Source: Leidyana gryllorum EB-2025a (taxonomy: Eukaryota; Protista; Apicomplexa). Taken from it: a stretch of DNA of 64,000 nt. The position numbers and the translations under genes are program-made. Of the stretch, positions 59,033 through 64,000 are shown in pieces. The stretch covers positions 1,178,001 through 1,242,000 of the forward strand of contig JBLWGC010000230.1 in NCBI GenBank assembly GCA_048772705.1, given 5' to 3'. How positions within the stretch are numbered: position 1 is the first letter of the stretch; each line of letters opens with the position of its first letter. Under the pieces are notes generated by a model. It did not search any database. It had not been told where the DNA came from and saw nothing but the letters and a program-made list of their open reading frames with translations.

Positions 59033-60248
59033 GGGTTTCTGGCCCATAGCATTATCGCGCCACAGTCGGGGAAGAGCGTCCTTGAGAAGACATACCGTCT
59101 GATCCGAGGTGGTGGAGGGTTCGGGCTCAGACGCCGCCGGGATCAACTCCTCGCCTTGGCCCAATTGTTCGTTGTAGAAATCCTCCATACTAAGAGAGCA
59201 CCGGTGCACCGGAACGGTCTCCGTAATCTTTCGAAGGAACCACGACCCTTCGCGCTGTACCATACTGCGCAAAAATCCTGCATCCACACTGAAGAATTGC
59301 GCTGGATGACCCGCCTCATCATCGTAGTCTCCAATCACGGATTCAGCCACTGATCTCCTAAACTTCCGCCACGACACGAATGTGAACGACTGCAAGGAGT
59401 CGTAGTCATGTGCATCCCCTTTAAGAATAATGTCTCGATCGAGGTCATTGTGCCCTAACACCAAATGTGTCGCTTCAAACAAAACCCGCTCGCTTACGAG
59501 GGCCGTGACGGATGGTGCGGAGCGGCCAGTACTCGTCTGACGCAGCCACCCCCACACCACATGTGCCAGCCACCCAGTTTACACGGGGCGTTCTCCATTC
59601 ATCGTGTTCGAGTAGATACATTGCGTGATAGTGACTTAACATTATCCACTGAGAGTGCTTAGGATTACCATTGAAGTGTTGTCGACAGAATGCATCAGCT
59701 CGTGTTCGAGGATCTGCCCATATTGCTGACCACATACTCAAGAAACTCTTGAGAGGCACTGTAGTTTCAGACACAAAGATGAAATAAGTGCCATCGGGAT
59801 TTGCTTCGTACGCAAACGATAGTGCTCTATACATCGCAGGCAACAGCGAACCCCATTCTGAATTCACAGGGTGCGGATCAATGTGGTCGCGTAACCAATT
59901 GGGCAAACTCAGCTCAGAGTCAGTGTAATTCGGATGATGATGAACTATCCCACGCAGGTACTTGTCAACATCTAATCCTCTACGGTCCAAAGTTATTCGA
60001 GCGTCCTCATACCATTCGTTCCATATACTTGCAGTTGGTTCCAACCCCTTCTTTGTCAGAAATATCATCACAACTATTGGTACCGGAACTGCATAGTCCT
60101 CTTCTCTGTCCATCAACAGCTGGGGATTCGATCCCATCACCCGTTCCACCACACCAATAGACCCATGGACAACGTAGGCAAAGCACACAAGTAGGAGAGC
60201 AATACCTCCCACGAAAAGGATTCTACTAACTATCGGTTCAGCTTTCAT
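59006..60248 (-). CDS. Core-2/I-branching (GT14/DUF266-like) type II membrane glycosyltransferase, 2 exons
   Basis: N-terminal TM anchor, MIFLT, EWG, FIFVSETTVPL, KHSQWIML and SDEYW. An intron GTAAGC..TTAG at about 59497-59455 joins to TFVSW..FLRK. Confidence 0.8.
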
Positions 60249-60335
60249 CGTGTCAATTTTTCCAGAAACACCATGATGACCTCGCTGGCTAATGAGGTTC
60301 CGGGCACCGTCCCCCCCCCGCCCCCACAAGGTCGC

Positions 60336-61090
60336 ATGGCTGACGACCCCCAACCCGCAACCTCATCCCAATCCCTAGCTCCAGCCTTCCTTCAAACCGC
60401 CAAACACCCAACCGTCTGTATGCTTCATCTGGGTGTCAAACTCCTCTGCCTGATCAAGTAAGCTACCCACCCGCCCTTACAACTTCTCGCAGCTTCACTC
60501 TGGGTTCTTTCATTTTCGGTGGCTTCTTCGGCGAATATGTCTTCACCTTCGTCAGTACCACCCTTTTCCTAGCAGTCGATTTCTGGATAGTCAAGAATAT
60601 AAGTGGCCGGTAAGATCAAAGCCAAACAAAGGCCTTACACCCCGTCAGACTACTGGTTGGCATGAGGTGGACCAATGAAGTAAAGGAGGATGGAACCAAT
60701 GAATGGAAATACGAACGGGCGACAGCGGAGCAAATCATCAACAGCACTGACAAGACTGTCTTCTGGACCGGTTTGGTCGGATGGCCCTTCTTGTGGGTCA
60801 CATTAGCCTTCTTCTACTTGATCCAACTGCGCTTTGACTGGGTAAGCCGATCGCTCAACACAGTGTGTGTACACACTCAAACATCAGCTGTTGTTGGCCT
60901 TCATTGGCATCATTTTGAGCGGAGCAAACCTTATTGGATTCTGGAAGTGCTCTTTCGGTACGCAAAGTAAATGAGGGACCCATTCCTGTCACTATACGCA
61001 GAATCCAAGCGTAAGGTTCAAGAATTCGCAAGCTCCGCGTTGTTCAAGACTATGACCTCGCGTATGGCGGCTTTCCTGTCCCCTGTCTAG
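60336..61090 (+). CDS. TVP23: Golgi membrane protein TVP23/FAM18
   Basis: HPTVCMLHLGVK, DFWIVKNISGR|LLVGMRWTNEVKEDGTNEWKYE, FWTGL and ANLIGFWKC. Confidence 0.92.
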
Positions 61091-61280
61091 ACTGGGTTGC
61101 GACATGTATGCCAGTATTGCTTGATCCATATATATATCTATTTCTGGACTTCGGCCATCATCGAACTGAATTAGGATATTCAGCAGTTTACGCGCGTCAG
61201 GTTGTCACAAATATCATCGAATTATTGGGGCAGATTGTGTTTGGCTAGGTAACAATGGGTATTAGGAACTGCTTCGCGAG

Positions 61281-61923
61281 ATGGGATTCTATAAAGCATT
61301 TCAAACGCTCAAGAAGGCAACGGCGGCTTGGGCGGCAGGAAATCAGCGTAGGCAACGACCATCGTACGAGTCCTACGTGAAGGAGGATGTGAAGACTCGT
61401 GCAATGTGCTTGCGTACAGCCGCCACGATGGCCAACACACCGCTATTGCCTGATGGCTCATTCGACTACGAGGCCATAGAGCGGGTACGTCTTGCGGCCG
61501 TGGCAAATAACGAAGACGTTCTTTCAGCGGGAGGAGCCTTACATCCACGGACTGAGGAAGAGACGATGCATCCGACAAATTCCTCGGGCGGTTGTTGAGG
61601 AAGCGGAGCGATTGCGCAAACAGGAGGAGATGATGACCCATTCTGCTCGGGTTCGGGCTCGGGCTAGGGCTCGTGCTCGACGTGACCCGGCCTTATTGAT
61701 CCATAAGTATTTGGAGGAAACCGCAGCTGAAGAAGCCGTTCGTCTGGAGAGCATGGCTCGCGTGTATGAAGCGCGCGACCAGCAAGAGCTGAATGCAGCT
61801 CTCAAAGCTGCGCAGTACCATTTCAAGTGGGATGAGATTGAGCTGACATCCCCCGAACCGCCAGCCAGAGTTCCAGACCCCCCCGTTCCGCTTCGCGCAG
61901 ATCCCCACATTGAATGGTACTGA
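61281..61923 (+). CDS. Hypothetical charged/coiled-coil protein, 2 exons
   Basis: ORFs 61281-61598 and 61492-61923 are joined in phase by a GTACGT..TTTCAG intron (about 61485-61527). Confidence 0.55.
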
Positions 61924-62484
61924 GGTGGAGATTGACCATCCTATCTCCCCATGGATCAAGCTGGCATGGCCAGCAAGCACTTCAGTCCCACCAGAGAAAT
62001 AGTCTGGATACATACATCTTCGGATCAGAGTTCGAGCGCGGTTCGTCCCCGAACATCTTCTGGGCTTCGCCCTATTTATGTATATGTGCAGTGTACTATT
62101 TTTTCTTGGCCTGTGTTCACATATTAACTGATCCGATTCATTTATTTATATATAATTGACTGATGGCAGATCACATCTGTGAAGTACATTATTATCGTCT
62201 GGTTACGAAATGCTGCTGGTTTATGTCACGCATCAATTGGTGGAGCAGAGCCATCCCAAAGAGAGATGTACATATTAGGTTATCATTGCAGCAGCCGAAA
62301 GGAATGTGCACAACACACACGAAATCTGCTCCTTGTTGAGATATGTAAAGCTGGCCCAAAAACGGCAGCGCAAAGCTAGTATCCTCCTCTGTGTCTAGTC
62401 ACGCATCTCCACTGAGTGATTAAGCGTTCTGCTTTGTGGAAGGCCATTGACGAGGGAGAGGCAGGGTTTCGTCGAGGAATGGAT

Positions 62485-63432
62485 TTACTGGGCCCTCAGC
62501 ATTTGATTAGGGCCTCCCATGGGGAAACCGCCAGGTGCCCCGTAGTATCCACCACCATACATCCCACCAAAAGCTCCACGGCCCCGCATGCCACCGGCGG
62601 GTCTCCTATAACCTCTGCGATAGTAACGGGGTCCACGGGTGAGTGTAGCAGCAGGCCCGAAGGTTTCAGCATCAAGTTCACGCTGCTTTTCGCGGTCCAC
62701 TTTAGAGTCGCGGCCATGTTGACGGTTGAGAGTCTCGCAACTGATGTTATCGAAGAATGAAGTTTCCTTGTCGTAGGGCTGAACGGTACTCTCAATCTTC
62801 TCCTTTTCGAACTTAGAGTTGTTCTGTTCGAAGTCGAAGGCTTGAGCAACCTGAGTCTTGAGGTTGGAATTGGGCTGAGCGGTCAACTCGCCGACGACGT
62901 TGCGGGAGTTGTTCTGGGGGCCTCCTATATTCACACGACCACCTCGGCCGAAACGGTTGTAGCCTCCGAAGCCACCGCCCGGCGGACCATAGTACTCACG
63001 GCCGCCATACATGCCACTCCCACCACGACGGTTCGTCATCGGTGAGAAGCCACGAGGGTACATGCCGTCGCCTCCAACAGGCTGGCGAGCGTATACGTCG
63101 TAGTCAGGGCGGGGCTGTTCGTAATGTTGGTGGGATGGGGCTACATTCACAGCCACAACAGCAGGGTCTTCCTTGACAGAGAACGCGGGCTCAGATACCG
63201 TGAGGTCCTTGATGTCCTTCCCGTTGAAGATAATGTAATCGAAAATCTCAGAGCTCGGCATCACGAATTGAGGGGCCTTTCGATTCTCCGTACCGCTCAT
63301 CCGCACATCACGCAAGGTGACCGTGGAGTTGGTGGTATTGATGTTAATCAAAATACCCTCATATCTCAGCTCTGAGTTGGTCACGAGGGAGATTTTGCTC
63401 CCAATATATGGAATCGCTGAAGAGGACGACAT
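62485..63432 (-). CDS. LSM14: LSM14/Scd6/CITH mRNA-repression factor; intronless
   Basis: PYIGSKISL..RYEGIL..GTENR Lsm domain, FDF, FFD and TFG boxes, and RGG-rich segments. Confidence 0.95.
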   Translation of the reverse strand: MSSSSAIPYIGSKISLVTNSELRYEGILININTTNSTVTLRDVRMSGTENRKAPQFVMPSSEIFDYIIFNGKDIKDLTVSEPAFSVKEDPAVVAVNVAPSHQHYEQPRPDYDVYARQPVGGDGMYPRGFSPMTNRRGGSGMYGGREYYGPPGGGFGGYNRFGRGGRVNIGGPQNNSRNVVGELTAQPNSNLKTQVAQAFDFEQNNSKFEKEKIESTVQPYDKETSFFDNISCETLNRQHGRDSKVDREKQRELDAETFGPAATLTRGPRYYRRGYRRPAGGMRGRGAFGGMYGGGYYGAPGGFPMGGPNQMLRAQ

Positions 63433-64000
63433 CTTCCTCTGCCTACCAAGGGGGCTTCGAAAAAAAATCCAGCTACCGAACTGGCCAATCGAGACAACTG
63501 CGCACACACTCCTGTTCGCAATGAGAAATTTTAGGAACCGTATTAACCCTCATCATGCCCATGTGTGCGCGCATTACCAACATTTTTACCCAAAAGCTCT
63601 TTCTCACAAAGGTGGTTGTTCTATCCAATACTCTCGGGTTAGCCTGAACGGGCCGCAAAACGGTTCAGAAACAGGTACACGACAGTCGTACCTAAGTAAG
63701 GTCGTTAGCGGGATTCGCTGTGAGAAAGGAGGATAGGGACCTTCTACATTGCGCAACTGCCGTCGCACCTCGCGTTGTAACCGCCTGCACGGTGAAGGGC
63801 TATGTGTACTCGCGAAGGTTCTAGCACACACGTGTGCCATAATCTTGAACTCACTTGGATACTTTTGGCTCAGCACCTTCAACTACTTGATTAGGCTCGC
63901 TGCATCGGACACAAGATGACCCTGCATCACTCACGGTCCGCCAAGCTTTCCTGGTGAATAACAGTGGCTAGAAGACAGGAGCCGCCGGCCCCACCTAACA

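Noticed and set aside
59455-59500. Apparent frameshift in the glycosyltransferase (also between ORFs 61281 and 61492, and throughout TOR)
   Set aside because: Explained by short GT-AG introns that restore frame where I checked, so there is no need for recoding or pseudogene calls.
63604-64000. Possible 3' exons of a minus-strand gene truncated by the window edge (similarly 1-270 on plus)
   Set aside because: No recognisable domain and the frame could not be fixed, so not called.
1-64000. Prokaryotic systems (CRISPR, defence islands, IS elements) or an alternative genetic code
   Set aside because: The sequence is spliceosomal-intron-rich eukaryotic DNA. TAA, TAG and TGA all terminate conserved proteins, and there are no repeat-spacer arrays or transposases.

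Overview
This is intron-containing eukaryotic nuclear DNA with about 25 densely packed protein-coding genes and mostly short GT-AG introns (roughly 35-110 nt). A FIKK-family kinase and an Alba3-type protein point to an apicomplexan or close relative. The compact layout and a secreted chitinase would fit a gregarine-like parasite of arthropods, but that is inference. Recognisable genes in order: Tim17/22-like, GPR180/TMEM145-like, a very large TOR kinase, a ferlin, an S6K/PKB-like AGC kinase, DPAGT1, GH18 chitinase, subtilisin, Ku80, a divergent NEP1/EMG1, Alba3, an F-box protein, GPN3, LSm3, PMM, an APT-like esterase, PLAA/Doa1, a Tul1-like RING-H2 ligase, FIKK, a TPR protein, DCP1, a core-2/I-branching glycosyltransferase, TVP23 and LSM14/CITH. 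I saw no rRNA, canonical tRNA, CRISPR array or transposase. The most notable points are: (1) near-prokaryotic gene packing (an ATGA stop/start overlap, a 13-bp tandem gap, a 14-bp divergent gap, overlapping 3' ends), suggesting polycistronic or overlapping transcription; (2) an intronless, divergent, secreted chitinase plus subtilisin pair; (3) an unusually long, extensively base-paired GPN3 intron; (4) TOR close to a likely AGC-kinase substrate; (5) a NEP1 lacking RNA-binding arginines. Family calls come from motif recognition by eye, with no database searches. Exon boundaries and some start codons were inferred by hand.
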